Positions 19,358 to 28,974 of a DNA stretch of 64,000 nt are shown here, one piece after another. The translations under genes were made by a program, and so were the position numbers. This DNA is from Candidatus Krumholzibacteriota bacterium (lineage in GTDB: Bacteria; Krumholzibacteriota; Krumholzibacteriia; LZORAL124-64-63). The stretch's first letter is position 1. The number at the start of each line of letters is the position of its first letter. The DNA is taken from the NCBI GenBank assembly GCA_039714075.1, contig JBDLKA010000003.1, positions 1 through 64,000 of the forward strand. Direction: 5' to 3'. A model generated the notes under the pieces. It searched no databases, was not told the DNA's origin, and saw nothing but the letters and a program-made list of their open reading frames with translations.

Positions 19358-19834
19358 CTAGCGGTCCCCGGACGCCCGTCTGCCATCAAGAGCCGCCTCC
19401 AGGGCGGCGAAATCGCCGCCGAGGACCAGAACCGCATCCTCGCTGCCCCGCCCGTCCCATTCCCGTATCACACGGATGCCGCCCAACAGACGGGCCAGAC
19501 CGGCGGCCTTGTCGTCGGACAGTTTCCGGTTGACCAGCAGGGACTGGTCGAACCTGCGGTGCGGCGCGTTCCCGACACTTTCGGCCACGCAGCCGGTCCG
19601 GCCGAGCAACAGGCTGAACCTCCGGGCCAGCCCGGCCTTCCCGGTCCCGTTCAGCACCGACAGGTGGATGGGCGCCTCCCGCGGAGACATGGAATAGGAC
19701 GCGGCCGCGACAGTGGGCGTGTCATCCTGCCCCTGGTCCCCGTTGCCGTCGGGAACCAGATCCTTGCCCAGCCACAGGGACACCGCGCACACGGCAACCA
19801 GGAGCAGCAGCCAGGAATTCAAGCGGCCCCTCAC
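19358..19834 (-). CDS. LytR C-terminal domain protein
   Basis: N-terminal TM, VLNGTGKAGLA, VGNA, VLVLGGD. Confidence 0.85.
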   Translation of the reverse strand: MRGRLNSWLLLLVAVCAVSLWLGKDLVPDGNGDQGQDDTPTVAAASYSMSPREAPIHLSVLNGTGKAGLARRFSLLLGRTGCVAESVGNAPHRRFDQSLLVNRKLSDDKAAGLARLLGGIRVIREWDGRGSEDAVLVLGGDFAALEAALDGRRASGDR

Positions 19835-20328
19835 GAAGTTTCCCGCGCAAGCCTGGCGACGATCGGCAGGAGCATTTCGTAGCTCTTTTCGAGGGTCAGG
19901 GGCATCACCCTGGTCTGCCCGATGGTGCTCATGAAATTGGTGTCACCGGACCAGCGGGGCAGCATGTGGACATGGAGATGTTCGGGGATCCCCGCACCGG
20001 CGCTGATGCCGCCGTTGTAACCGCAATTGATGCCCCCCGGCTGGAACGCCTCCATCAGCGAGCTTTCCATGACCTTCAACAGAATCCCGAGTTCCCCCAG
20101 TTCGGCGGAGGTGCAGTCCGAAAGCATGGGCTGATGGCGGTTCAGCACACACAACATGTGCCCCCCGTTGTAGGGGTAGAGATTCATGATCAGGTACCAA
20201 TGCTCGCCGCGATGCAGAACGAAATTTTCCTGGTCATCGCACTCCAGGCGATTGCAGAAAACACACCCTTCTTCCTTTTTCCGTCCAGTCACGTATTCGA
20301 ACCTCCAGGGTGTGCAGAGCCGATCCAT
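19831..20328 (-). CDS. HIT family protein (Ap4A phosphorylase-like)
   Basis: PWR-x-x-Y, CVFC, NLYPYNGGH, AGAGIPEHLHVHMLPRWSGDTNFM. Confidence 0.9.
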   Translation of the reverse strand: MDRLCTPWRFEYVTGRKKEEGCVFCNRLECDDQENFVLHRGEHWYLIMNLYPYNGGHMLCVLNRHQPMLSDCTSAELGELGILLKVMESSLMEAFQPGGINCGYNGGISAGAGIPEHLHVHMLPRWSGDTNFMSTIGQTRVMPLTLEKSYEMLLPIVARLARETS

Positions 20329-20329
20329 G

Positions 20330-21094
20330 TCACTGCCCGCGCCGGGCCAGCAGGGATTCCGCCACGGCCAGTTCAGCGACGGTATTGATGCCGACCACCT
20401 CGTCGGGGTCGAGGGTGGCGACCGCTTCGACCGGATGCCCGGCCTCCACCAGGTAGGCCACCGTGTCGGTCAGGTAGTACTCCCCCTGCTGGTTGTCGGT
20501 CGTCAGGTTTCCCAGGGCCTCGATCAGGCGTTCGGTCTTGAAGCAGAAGACACCGGTGTTGTATTCCCCGAGGGCCAGTTCACTCTCGCTGGCGTCACGG
20601 GCTTCGACGATCTTCAGGACGCGTCCCGCGGAGTCCTTCACGATCCGGCCATAAGCCCCCGCATCATCGACCACGCAGGTCAGAACCACGGCCGCGGCTC
20701 CGCCGGAGACGGTCCCTTCCACGAGCCGTTCCAGGGTTTCGGCCCGCAGCAGGGGGACATCGCCCGCCAAAACCACGGTGTATCCCCCCGGCCGCAGATT
20801 GCCGGCGGCCACCTGGACGGCATGCCCGGTGCCCAATTGCGGTTCCTGCAGGACAAACTCGGTTCCATCACGCCGGCAACTTTCCTCCACCAGGCCCGCC
20901 TGGTGCCCCACCACCACCACCGTGTGATCGATCCCCACCTTGGCCACGGTATCCAGCACGTGATCCAGCAGCGGACGATCCGCGATCCTGTGCAGGACCT
21001 TGGGCAAATCGGATTTCATCCGCGTCCCCTTGCCCGCGGCCAGAAGCACGGCATCAACCAGGGCGTTGCGGCCCTCACCATCATTCGCGTTCAT
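20330..21094 (-). CDS. GlmU-like uridyltransferase, N-terminal domain only
   Basis: LAAGKGTRMKSDLPKVLH, QLGTGHAV, GDVPLL, YGRIV, NQQGEYYLTD, GINT; no hexapeptide acetyltransferase domain. Confidence 0.9.
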   Translation of the reverse strand: MNANDGEGRNALVDAVLLAAGKGTRMKSDLPKVLHRIADRPLLDHVLDTVAKVGIDHTVVVVGHQAGLVEESCRRDGTEFVLQEPQLGTGHAVQVAAGNLRPGGYTVVLAGDVPLLRAETLERLVEGTVSGGAAAVVLTCVVDDAGAYGRIVKDSAGRVLKIVEARDASESELALGEYNTGVFCFKTERLIEALGNLTTDNQQGEYYLTDTVAYLVEAGHPVEAVATLDPDEVVGINTVAELAVAESLLARRGQ

Positions 21095-21995
21095 CAAACC
21101 CTCCCTGGACGGTTTGCGGCCCTGCGGGATCACCCAGCAGCACACCGTCGGTCACTCCATGTTCCGACACGTTCAAGACGAAATTGTCGATCAACCGGGC
21201 GGGCCCCACGCGCGCGGCAACCGCCAGCAGGACCCGGCCGGTCAAATGTTCCTGAACCGCCAGGTCGGGAACCCGGCGCACTTCCGCGTATTCCAAATGG
21301 TCCGCCGCGGCCAGTTTCTCCCGCATGACGGCCACCACTTTTTCCCGGTTTCTTTCACCGGAGCCCAGCAGGTCACGCCCCGCGGACAGGGCGCCGTGAA
21401 GACAGAGCGCCCTGGCCCTTTCCCCGGGATCCAGATACCGGTTGCGGGAGGACATGGCCAGCCCATCGGGTTCCCGCACGGTGGGGCCGTCCACCAGGCG
21501 GACCCCCAACCTGAGATCTTCAACCATCTGCGCGATGACCAGGCATTGCTGGGCATCCTTGCGACCGAACACGGCGATGTCCGGGCGAACGGCCCCGAAG
21601 AGTTTGGCCACCACGGTCAAGACGCCGGAAAAATGGCCGGGACGATCGCCGCCGCAAAGTCCCTGGCCGCGGTTGCCGGGCAGGACGGTCACCTCGCCGG
21701 CGGCCCCGTACACCTGGCTGACCTCGGGCGCGAAAACGGCCGCCACCTCCAGCGGCTCGAGCAGGGTCAGGTCACCCTCCAGATCCCGGGGATAGGCTTT
21801 AAAATCCTCACCCTCCCCGAACTGGGTCGGGTTGACGAAAATGGAGACCACGACTGGTCCGAATTTCCGCCCCAGGCCGACCAGACTCAAATGCCCCCGG
21901 TGCAAGGCGCCCATGGTGGGAACCAACACCAGCGGCCGGCCGGCCTGCTTCAACGACAGGGCGGCCAACTCGGCTGAAGTGCGGCAAACCTTCAT
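21081..21995 (-). CDS. panC: Pantoate-beta-alanine ligase
   Basis: PTMGALHRGH, SIFVNPTQF, RPGHF, KDAQQ, GLAMSSRN, RLIDN. Alternative TTG start at 22004. Confidence 0.96.
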   Translation of the reverse strand: MKVCRTSAELAALSLKQAGRPLVLVPTMGALHRGHLSLVGLGRKFGPVVVSIFVNPTQFGEGEDFKAYPRDLEGDLTLLEPLEVAAVFAPEVSQVYGAAGEVTVLPGNRGQGLCGGDRPGHFSGVLTVVAKLFGAVRPDIAVFGRKDAQQCLVIAQMVEDLRLGVRLVDGPTVREPDGLAMSSRNRYLDPGERARALCLHGALSAGRDLLGSGERNREKVVAVMREKLAAADHLEYAEVRRVPDLAVQEHLTGRVLLAVAARVGPARLIDNFVLNVSEHGVTDGVLLGDPAGPQTVQGGFDERE

Positions 21996-22000
21996 GCCGG

Positions 22001-22948
22001 TCAATCCCCATCCGCTTCCGGATTGCTTTCGAGGTTTCCCAGATATCCGGACTGTCCGCTGACGTTGGCGCCCGAACCGTTTCCAGACCCCTTGGCCTCC
22101 GCACCGGCTGAATTCTTGGGACCGCGGGAAGGTTCCGCGCCGTATTCATGTTCGGGTCCGGGGAAAGCCCCGTCCCTGACTTCGCCGGAAAATTGCTCCA
22201 CCGCCTGGACCGCGGCTGTCCCGAGTTCGGCGTAACGCTTGACGAACTTCGGTTTGAGACCGGTGAACAGCCCCAACATGTCGTGGAACACCAGCACCTG
22301 GCCGTCGCAGCCCGGACCGGCCCCGATGCCGATGGTGGGGATGCTCAGCCGCGAAGAGATTTTTTCCGCCAAGGGGGACGGCACGCACTCCAGCACCAGG
22401 CCGAAGCATCCGATCTCCTGCAGGAACAAAGCCTCTTCGAGCAGGGCGGCGGCGGCCTTTTCGCCCCGGCCCTGGACTTTGTAGCCTCCAAAGCGGTTGA
22501 CCGACTGGGGAGTGAGGCCCAGATGGCCCATCACGGGAATCTCGGCAGCCAACAGGGCCTTGATCACCTCGGCCCGATTGCGCCCGCCCTCGATCTTGAC
22601 GGCGCTCGCCCCCCCTTCCTTTACCAGACGCAATCCGTGCCGCACCGTTTCGGCGGGTGAGACATGGAAACTGCCGTAGGGCATGTCGGCGATGACCGGC
22701 ACGCGCGGCCGGGCCCGGCTGACGGCCTGACAGTGATGCAGCAAGTCGTCCACCGTCACCGGCAGGGTGTTTTCGTATCCCAGCACGACCATGCCGACGG
22801 AATCACCGACCAGGATGGCATCCACGCCCCCGGCCGCAGCGATCAGGGCGCTGGTCAGGTCGTAGGCGGTCAACAGGACGATTTTCCGACCCTGCTGCTT
22901 GCGCCGGGCGAAAACGCTCATGGTCAGGGTCTTGCCCTTCCTCTCCAT
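22001..22948 (-). CDS. panB: 3-methyl-2-oxobutanoate hydroxymethyltransferase
   Basis: LTAYD, LVGDS, ADMP, VKIEGG, GHLGLTPQS, GIGAG, DGQVLV. Confidence 0.96.
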   Translation of the reverse strand: MERKGKTLTMSVFARRKQQGRKIVLLTAYDLTSALIAAAGGVDAILVGDSVGMVVLGYENTLPVTVDDLLHHCQAVSRARPRVPVIADMPYGSFHVSPAETVRHGLRLVKEGGASAVKIEGGRNRAEVIKALLAAEIPVMGHLGLTPQSVNRFGGYKVQGRGEKAAAALLEEALFLQEIGCFGLVLECVPSPLAEKISSRLSIPTIGIGAGPGCDGQVLVFHDMLGLFTGLKPKFVKRYAELGTAAVQAVEQFSGEVRDGAFPGPEHEYGAEPSRGPKNSAGAEAKGSGNGSGANVSGQSGYLGNLESNPEADGD

Positions 22949-22977
22949 GGTTGTGCCTTTCAGAAGGGGTCCCGCAA

Positions 22978-23622
22978 CTACTCGGGCCCCGAATCGGGAG
23001 CATAATACCTGGTGCCGTTGAACTTCTCGGTGATCTGCTCGAACAGCAGATCAAAATCGCCGGGGACGTTCACGAAATCCAGGTTGTCCGTATTGACCAC
23101 CATCAGGGGTGAATCCTTGTAGTGATGGAAAAAATAACTATAGGCGGCGTTGAGCGCATCGAGATAGCCCTCGTCCATGTCCTGTTCGAAGGCCCGGCCC
23201 CGCCACCGGATGCGTTTCATGAGCACGGACGTTCTCGCCTGCAGATATATGACGAGATCCGGCTTGAGGACCCTTTGTTCCAGAATGGTGGCGAGTTGGT
23301 TGTAGAGAACAAGTTCGTCGTCACTCAAATTCAGGTTGGCGAAAATCCGGTCCTTGGCGAACAGGTAATCCGATATGAGGGTGGAACTGAACAGGTCGTG
23401 CTGAAACAGGTTCTGCTGCTGCCGATAGCGGCTCAGCAGAAAAAAGATCTGGGTTTGAAAGGCAAAGGCCGACCGGTCCTGATAGAAATCGGACAGGAAG
23501 GGGTTTTCCTCCACCACCTCGAGATTGAGCCGCCCACTGGTCTTGGTGGCCAGGAGCTTTGTCAGGCTGGTCTTGCCGACGCCGATGACTCCTTCAACGA
23601 CTATGTACCGCCAGGGCAGCAC
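22978..23622 (-). CDS. Deoxynucleoside kinase
   Basis: EGVIGVGKTSL, ENPFL, QIFFLLSR, KDRIFA, PDLVIYL; GTG start after AAGGAGG. Confidence 0.92.
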   Translation of the reverse strand: MLPWRYIVVEGVIGVGKTSLTKLLATKTSGRLNLEVVEENPFLSDFYQDRSAFAFQTQIFFLLSRYRQQQNLFQHDLFSSTLISDYLFAKDRIFANLNLSDDELVLYNQLATILEQRVLKPDLVIYLQARTSVLMKRIRWRGRAFEQDMDEGYLDALNAAYSYFFHHYKDSPLMVVNTDNLDFVNVPGDFDLLFEQITEKFNGTRYYAPDSGPE

Positions 23623-24196
23623 GCCAACCCTCCTTGTTGTTGTCCGGCAATGCATTACTCAGGTCAAGGTCCTGCCGAACCTCGATCCAGGGTCCCGATT
23701 TACGCCTTATTTTCGCACAGGCGGAGCCTATTGTCTCCCCCGAATCCGGAAATTTTTCCCGGGCGGCCAATTCGGCCAGCGGTTCCAGAACGAAGGCCCG
23801 GTCACGGATCTGCGGGTGGGGCAGATTCAGCCCCGGTGCGGCCAGCACCTGGTCGCCGTACAGCAGAATGTCCAGGTCGATGGATCGCGGCTGCATATGG
23901 CCCCCGGGGGACCGGCCCTGCCTTTCTTCAGCACCCTTCAGCACGGCGAGCAAAACACGCGGCGCCAGGCTGGTCTCCAACTTGACGCAGGCGTTGAAGT
24001 AGGGATCCTGGGTGCCCGGCCCCACGTATTCTGTTTCATAAACCCGGCTGACGGCCTTCACTTCCATCTCCGGATGGGTGGCCAGGGCGAAAAATGCCTG
24101 CTCCAGATGCGCGGCCCGGTCCCCCAGATTGGTTCCCAGACCCAGATAGACAACTTCAGCCGGACGGGTGGCACTGCGGCCAGGGGATCTTGTCAC
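23594..24196 (-). CDS. folK: HPPK (2-amino-4-hydroxy-6-hydroxymethyldihydropteridine diphosphokinase)
   Basis: YLGLGTNLGDR, SRVYET, PRSIDLDIL, LPHP, RAFVLEPL; GTGA overlap with folB. Confidence 0.93.
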   Translation of the reverse strand: MTRSPGRSATRPAEVVYLGLGTNLGDRAAHLEQAFFALATHPEMEVKAVSRVYETEYVGPGTQDPYFNACVKLETSLAPRVLLAVLKGAEERQGRSPGGHMQPRSIDLDILLYGDQVLAAPGLNLPHPQIRDRAFVLEPLAELAAREKFPDSGETIGSACAKIRRKSGPWIEVRQDLDLSNALPDNNKEGWRAALAVHSR

Positions 24197-24585
24197 GAGT
24201 CTTTCCCCCCGACGCCATCCAGCCAGGACCGGTCGCGCTCCAGGGAAACCGCCGCGCGGCCCAGGAAGTTGGGGATGGGCGGATTGGGTTTTTGGACCGT
24301 GACCCTGACCTTTTCCACCGGAAAACTTTCCAGCAGGACCCGGCAGAGATGGCCGGCCAAAGCCTCGATCAACTGAAAGGTCGTCCCGGCGGTGGACTCG
24401 TTGATGCAGCGGTGAACCGCCGTATAATCCAGGGCCTGGACCAGGGAGTCGCTGACCGCGGCCGGGCCGCAATCCGTCCACAGATCCACGTCGATGACGA
24501 AACGCTGCCCCAGTTCCCGTTCCGCGGGATGGACCCCGTGATGGGCGTAGACGTCTATGCCGTGCAGGCTGACTTTGTCCATCAT
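24193..24585 (-). CDS. folB: Dihydroneopterin aldolase
   Basis: HHGV-x-x-x-ERELGQRF, ALDY, LIEALA, QKP. Confidence 0.95.
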   Translation of the reverse strand: MMDKVSLHGIDVYAHHGVHPAERELGQRFVIDVDLWTDCGPAAVSDSLVQALDYTAVHRCINESTAGTTFQLIEALAGHLCRVLLESFPVEKVRVTVQKPNPPIPNFLGRAAVSLERDRSWLDGVGGKDS

Positions 24586-25736
24586 CGCCAGTCCCCGATC
24601 CGGCGGGCGCCCTCGGCAATGTCTTCATCGCCGGCGGTCAAACTGATCCGGAACCAGCCCTCGCCCCCGGAACCGAATCCGTTCCCCGGGGTGACCACGA
24701 CTCCGATTTCCTCCAGGGCGCGGCTGCAGAATTCCACCGAGGACTCCCCGGCCGGCACCCGGCACCAGACATAGAAGGTGGCCGCCGTTTCGAAAACCTC
24801 GAAGCCCGCCTGGCCCAGGGCGTCGACCATGGTCCGGCGCCGCCGGGGATAGGCCTCCATGACGGATGCCAGCAGTTCGTCGAACGCCGGTCCCAGGGCG
24901 TGGGCGGCGGTCGCCTGGACAGCCGTGAAAACACCGCTGTCGATGCTCTCCTTGACCCGGGCCAGATCACCAACGACGTCCGGATGCCCCACCGCGAAGG
25001 CGATGCGCCAACCGGTCATGTTGAACATCTTGGATAGGCTGTGTAGTTCGATGACCCGGTCGGTGCCCGCATCCGCGGCCGCCAGCAGACTGGCCGGCCG
25101 GCTTCCGTCCAGAGTGACCTCCAGGTAGGCGGCGTCATTGACCAGCGTCACCTGCCGCCTGCGGCACAAGGCCACGATTTCCTTCCAGAAGGCCTGATCA
25201 AGGACGGCCCCGGTGGGATTGTTGGGATAGTTCAGAAACAAAAGCCGGGTGCGATCATCGATGAGGCGGTCCAACTCCTCCGGATCGGGCTTGAAGCCGT
25301 TGGCGGGATCCAGACTGAAAGGGCGCGGTTCCCCGCCGGCGAGAATGGTGGCCTGTCCGTATACCGGGTAGCCCAGATCCGGGACCAGTACGTTGTCCCC
25401 CTCCTGGACGCAGGTCAGGGGAAGATGCCCCAGGCCTTCCTTGCTGCCGACCAGGACCAGAATCTGGTTCGCGGGATCAACCTGTATTCCGTGCCGGCTG
25501 TCCAGCCACCGGGCGATGGCCTGCTTGAGGCCCGCATCCCCTCTTTGGGCCGGATAACAGTGGTGGGCCGGATCGGCGATGGCCCGGGCCATCACCTCGA
25601 CCAGGGCTTCCGGGGTGGGGCGGTCGGGATCCCCGACACCCAGGTCGACGACGGACACGCCGGCGGCCCGCGCCTTTTCCTTGGCGGCGTCGATGGCGGA
25701 GAACAGGTACGGCGGCAATTTGTCGAGACGGCCCAC
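24582..25736 (-). CDS. Class I/II PLP aminotransferase, LL-diaminopimelate aminotransferase-like
   Basis: LPPYLF, DLGVGDPD, GSKEG, NYPNNPTG, DAAY, SLSKMFNMTGWRI, PGNGFG. Confidence 0.85.
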   Translation of the reverse strand: MGRLDKLPPYLFSAIDAAKEKARAAGVSVVDLGVGDPDRPTPEALVEVMARAIADPAHHCYPAQRGDAGLKQAIARWLDSRHGIQVDPANQILVLVGSKEGLGHLPLTCVQEGDNVLVPDLGYPVYGQATILAGGEPRPFSLDPANGFKPDPEELDRLIDDRTRLLFLNYPNNPTGAVLDQAFWKEIVALCRRRQVTLVNDAAYLEVTLDGSRPASLLAAADAGTDRVIELHSLSKMFNMTGWRIAFAVGHPDVVGDLARVKESIDSGVFTAVQATAAHALGPAFDELLASVMEAYPRRRRTMVDALGQAGFEVFETAATFYVWCRVPAGESSVEFCSRALEEIGVVVTPGNGFGSGGEGWFRISLTAGDEDIAEGARRIGDWR

Positions 25737-25758
25737 GGACAAAGACTCCCGGTCTTGG

Positions 25759-25823
25759 ATTCAAGGACAAGATTCAGGGACCAAATTCAGGCACCAAATT
25801 CAGGGGCCAAGTTCAGGGACAAA
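25759..25823. repeat. Intergenic tandem repeat, 5 copies of 13 bp (consensus ATTCAGGGACCAA)
   Basis: Units: attcaaggacaag, attcagggaccaa, attcaggcaccaa, attcaggggccaa, gttcagggacaaa. Confidence 0.9.
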
Positions 25824-25832
25824 ATTGAGAGC

Positions 25833-25870
25833 AAAAAAATCCCGCGGATCGTCTCGGCGATCCGCGGGAC
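25833..25870 (-). terminator. Intrinsic terminator of the TPR gene
   Basis: Stem TCCCGCGGATCG / CGATCCGCGGGA followed by T7 on the minus strand. Confidence 0.85.
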
Positions 25871-25906
25871 AAATATCGCACATTGGTGGAAGATCATCCA
25901 CCCCGG

Positions 25907-27085
25907 TCAGCGCCCCTGGGCCGCTTTTTTCTTTTCAGCCTCTTCGACGGCCTTCAGGCCCTCCATGCGCTCCACCTGGCGGGCGCCGTAGGGGGCGTAG
26001 CGGGCGTGCCCGCTGGCGGCACACTGCTGGAACTTGTCCCGGGCGGCGTCATATTCGCCGGTGCACTCCAGGGCCAGGCCCCAGGAGTACATGATCGGGG
26101 CCAGGGCCTCGCGACCCTTGCCCTCGAATGCTCGGGCCGCGGAGGCGGCTTCGGTCTTGGCCAGGGAGCATTGCCCGTTTTCCACCATGACCTGGAGCAT
26201 GGCCGCGGTCGCGTTTTCATCATTGGATTTGATGGCCAGGTATTTCTTGTAGGCGTCAATGCTCGCCGAACGGTTCTTCAGCTGATCCTGGGCCCGGGCC
26301 AGGGTCAACAGCCCGCCGGTGTGATTGGGATCCTTGGCCAACATCTGGTCCAGCAGGGTGACGGCGCCCTGGTAGTCCTTCTGCTTCATCTTCTGTTTGA
26401 CCATGTCGTAGGTGGTGGACCCGCCGGCCTGCCCGCCGTACTTCTGCGCCAGTCCGGTAAAATACTGGGCGCGGTCGTTGTTACCGTTGGCCTTCTGCTG
26501 GGCAGCCGCCTTTTCCGCCGATTTGGTCAACAGCTTCAGCACCGGCTCGCTGATTTCGGGGCAGGCGTCCAGAGCGTGTTCCAGAACCTCGACGGATTGG
26601 GAATAGAACTTGGCTGCATTGTGCATGGCGCCGAGATTGTAAAGAACTCCGCAATCGTCCGGCGCCAGCTGCTGCGCCTTCATGTATTCGCCGCGCGCTT
26701 CGGTGTACATTTTCTGCTTGGCGAAGGCCTTGCCCAGATTGGCATAATCCCCGGCCTGCACGTAATCGCCCCTCAATTCGATGACCTGCTGGAAATAGGG
26801 CACCGACTCGGCAAACATGCCCTTGCCCATCATGGCGGTCCCGATTCCCCGGGTGGCGTCGACGTGCTCGGGGCAAACCTGGACAATGGACTGCAGGCGG
26901 GCGATGGCCTGGTCCCACTGGCGGTTGACCAGAAACTCCTGAGCCGATTGAAAAGCGAGATTTGCTTCCTGCATCTGTCCGGGTTGGCATTCCGCCAGAA
27001 CCGCGGGCGAGGCGAACATGCCGGCCAGGACGATGGCCAATACAATGGTTTGGAGAATTGAGCGGTTATTCCTGGTCGACAACAC
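25907..27085 (-). CDS. Exported TPR-repeat protein, Cys-rich
   Basis: Signal peptide ending AVLA-E; repeated TPR helices; GGAGG RBS. Confidence 0.85.
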   Translation of the reverse strand: MLSTRNNRSILQTIVLAIVLAGMFASPAVLAECQPGQMQEANLAFQSAQEFLVNRQWDQAIARLQSIVQVCPEHVDATRGIGTAMMGKGMFAESVPYFQQVIELRGDYVQAGDYANLGKAFAKQKMYTEARGEYMKAQQLAPDDCGVLYNLGAMHNAAKFYSQSVEVLEHALDACPEISEPVLKLLTKSAEKAAAQQKANGNNDRAQYFTGLAQKYGGQAGGSTTYDMVKQKMKQKDYQGAVTLLDQMLAKDPNHTGGLLTLARAQDQLKNRSASIDAYKKYLAIKSNDENATAAMLQVMVENGQCSLAKTEAASAARAFEGKGREALAPIMYSWGLALECTGEYDAARDKFQQCAASGHARYAPYGARQVERMEGLKAVEEAEKKKAAQGR

Positions 27086-27133
27086 GGGAGAAACCTCCGA
27101 TTGGGAGCTGCGGGAAATCTGTGGCTATTCTGA

Positions 27134-27203
27134 AACCATTCGGTAACCATTCGGCAACCATTCGGCAACGAATCGCTAACGAATCGGTAACTAGTCGGTA
27201 ACC
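27134..27203. repeat. Intergenic tandem repeat, 6 copies of 11 bp (consensus AACNANTCGGY)
   Basis: Units: aaccattcggt, aaccattcggc, aaccattcggc, aacgaatcgct, aacgaatcggt, aactagtcggt, plus aacc. Confidence 0.9.
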
Positions 27204-27245
27204 GGGGGCAGGCAAAAGCCCCGAACCTGGTCCGGGACCCGACTC

Positions 27246-27275
27246 AAGGTAATAGCCGATCCCACTGTCTGTCAA
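27246..27275 (-). promoter_or_regulatory. Possible sigma70 promoter of the TPR gene
   Basis: TTGACA-N18-TACCTT on the minus strand. Confidence 0.45.
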
Positions 27276-27313
27276 TTGCCGTCCCCGCCCGGACGGGATT
27301 CTCTTATCGCGAA

Positions 27314-28111
27314 TCACCCGGCCGGCAGGATTTTCAATCCGAGAAGGCCTTCCAGGACCCCTCCGCCCACGGCCAGGGCCTTGTCGCTGATCAGGTCCGG
27401 ATCGATCTTCAGGCCCCGTGGGTCCACATCTCCAACCTTGGTTCCCGCAGAAAGTTCCGCATCCGGGTGGACAAGTCCGCGGATCCTTCCGGCCAACCCG
27501 CTGACCACCGGAATACCGGAAACATGGCCCAGGACCATGCCTTCAGCGACCATGTCACCAATTTCGAACAAAGGCGTAAAACGGCCCGCCGCAGGCGCTT
27601 TTAGAACCCTGAGGGCCGTTTGCCCGCCCACCAGGCCGGCCACGCCCGTATTGGGCGCGGCGGCCCCCTCGGAGATGACCTCTCCCAGGCGGGCTTCCCG
27701 ATGGGTTTCCACGATCAGGTCGGCATCCCGGCCGCAACGGAATCCGGGGCCCAGGCCGATCAGCGGGATCCCCCGGGCCGGCAGGGGACCAGGCGGCAGT
27801 TTGGTCATGCGGGCGTCCACGATCGCCGCCGCGCCCAAACGCTCCAACCCGGATCCGAGCGGATCCACGATCACCGACACCCGCCCCGTGGCGTAACCGC
27901 AGTCCGCGAGATCGACCAACTCCCCGCTGATGCCTTCGATCGAAATGCTACCGGAGTACACCGCCTCACTGAAAGAAACCCGGCGCCGGACGGCCAAGGG
28001 CTTGTCGGTTTCGGCGAGCACGACCCTGAACCCGGACCGCACCAGGCGGACCGCCACGCCGGAGGCGAGTTCACCGGCTCCCTGGATCCAGATGCATCCG
28101 GCGGGGCTCAC
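27314..28111 (-). CDS. yqeB: Selenium-dependent molybdenum cofactor maturation protein YqeB
   Basis: GAGELASGVA, PLAVRRRVSFSEAV, IGLGPGF, VETHR...LG, KVGDVDPR, ISDKALAVGGGVLE. Confidence 0.9.
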   Translation of the reverse strand: MSPAGCIWIQGAGELASGVAVRLVRSGFRVVLAETDKPLAVRRRVSFSEAVYSGSISIEGISGELVDLADCGYATGRVSVIVDPLGSGLERLGAAAIVDARMTKLPPGPLPARGIPLIGLGPGFRCGRDADLIVETHREARLGEVISEGAAAPNTGVAGLVGGQTALRVLKAPAAGRFTPLFEIGDMVAEGMVLGHVSGIPVVSGLAGRIRGLVHPDAELSAGTKVGDVDPRGLKIDPDLISDKALAVGGGVLEGLLGLKILPAG

Positions 28112-28974
28112 TTTCTCCTCCGGTGCAGTCGCACGCCCAGCGGGCGGCCTTCTTCATCTTCCAACTGCGGCACTTCGCGCAGGACGGCCATGGCCTCGGC
28201 CAGAATGCTCAAGGCGATTTCTCCCGGGGTTTCCGCCCCGATATCCAGTCCGACAGGATATTGCATCCGGGCGACCCGTTCGGCGGCCCACTCCCGGTCG
28301 CCTAGTCTCTTGCGCAGAATGGCGGCCTTGGTCCGGCTGGCCAGGGCCCCCAGGAAAGCGAACTCGCGACCGGATTCGCGTTCGGCGTCCAGGACGGCCT
28401 CCAGGTAATCCCCGTCGAGTTCGTGATTGCGGCTGGCGATCAGCATGGCCCCGCGCACCGGAACTTCCAGTTGGGAAAAGAGATCCGCGGCAGCTGATTC
28501 CAGCAGACGAACACCCGACAACCCTTCCAGGCCCGAGAGCAGGCCCGGACGGTCATCGACCAGGGTGAAGCGAAAGGGAAGACTGCGTCCCAGTTCCACC
28601 ACGGCCCGGCCCACATGTCCGGCCCCGATGACGACAAAACCCAGGGCGCGGGTGACGGGCTCGAGAAAGACTTCCATGTGGCCGCCGCACACCCCCAACT
28701 CTCCGGCAAGGTTCAGGGGCAGGCAGCGGGGCCTGCCGTCCTGGAAAACCGCCTGCGCCTCTTCTATGACCCTGGCTTCGGCCGTGCCCCCGCCTATGCT
28801 GCCGAAAACCGAGCCGTCCGGCATGATGATCATCTTGCTGCCCTCGTGACGGGGCGTGGACAGGCGGGTGCGTATCACGGTGGCCAGCACCCCGCTGTGG
28901 CCCTGCTCCACCATTTCGGTCAGGCGGCGGTAGATACCGCGCTCGTCGGCGGTCAGGCGTTGGTCGTCATTCAT
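28108..28974 (-). CDS. XdhC/CoxI family Moco chaperone
   Basis: STPR-x-x-GSKM, GSIGGG, CGG, GAGHVG, PVGLDIGAETPGEIALSI. Confidence 0.92.
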   Translation of the reverse strand: MNDDQRLTADERGIYRRLTEMVEQGHSGVLATVIRTRLSTPRHEGSKMIIMPDGSVFGSIGGGTAEARVIEEAQAVFQDGRPRCLPLNLAGELGVCGGHMEVFLEPVTRALGFVVIGAGHVGRAVVELGRSLPFRFTLVDDRPGLLSGLEGLSGVRLLESAAADLFSQLEVPVRGAMLIASRNHELDGDYLEAVLDAERESGREFAFLGALASRTKAAILRKRLGDREWAAERVARMQYPVGLDIGAETPGEIALSILAEAMAVLREVPQLEDEEGRPLGVRLHRRRK

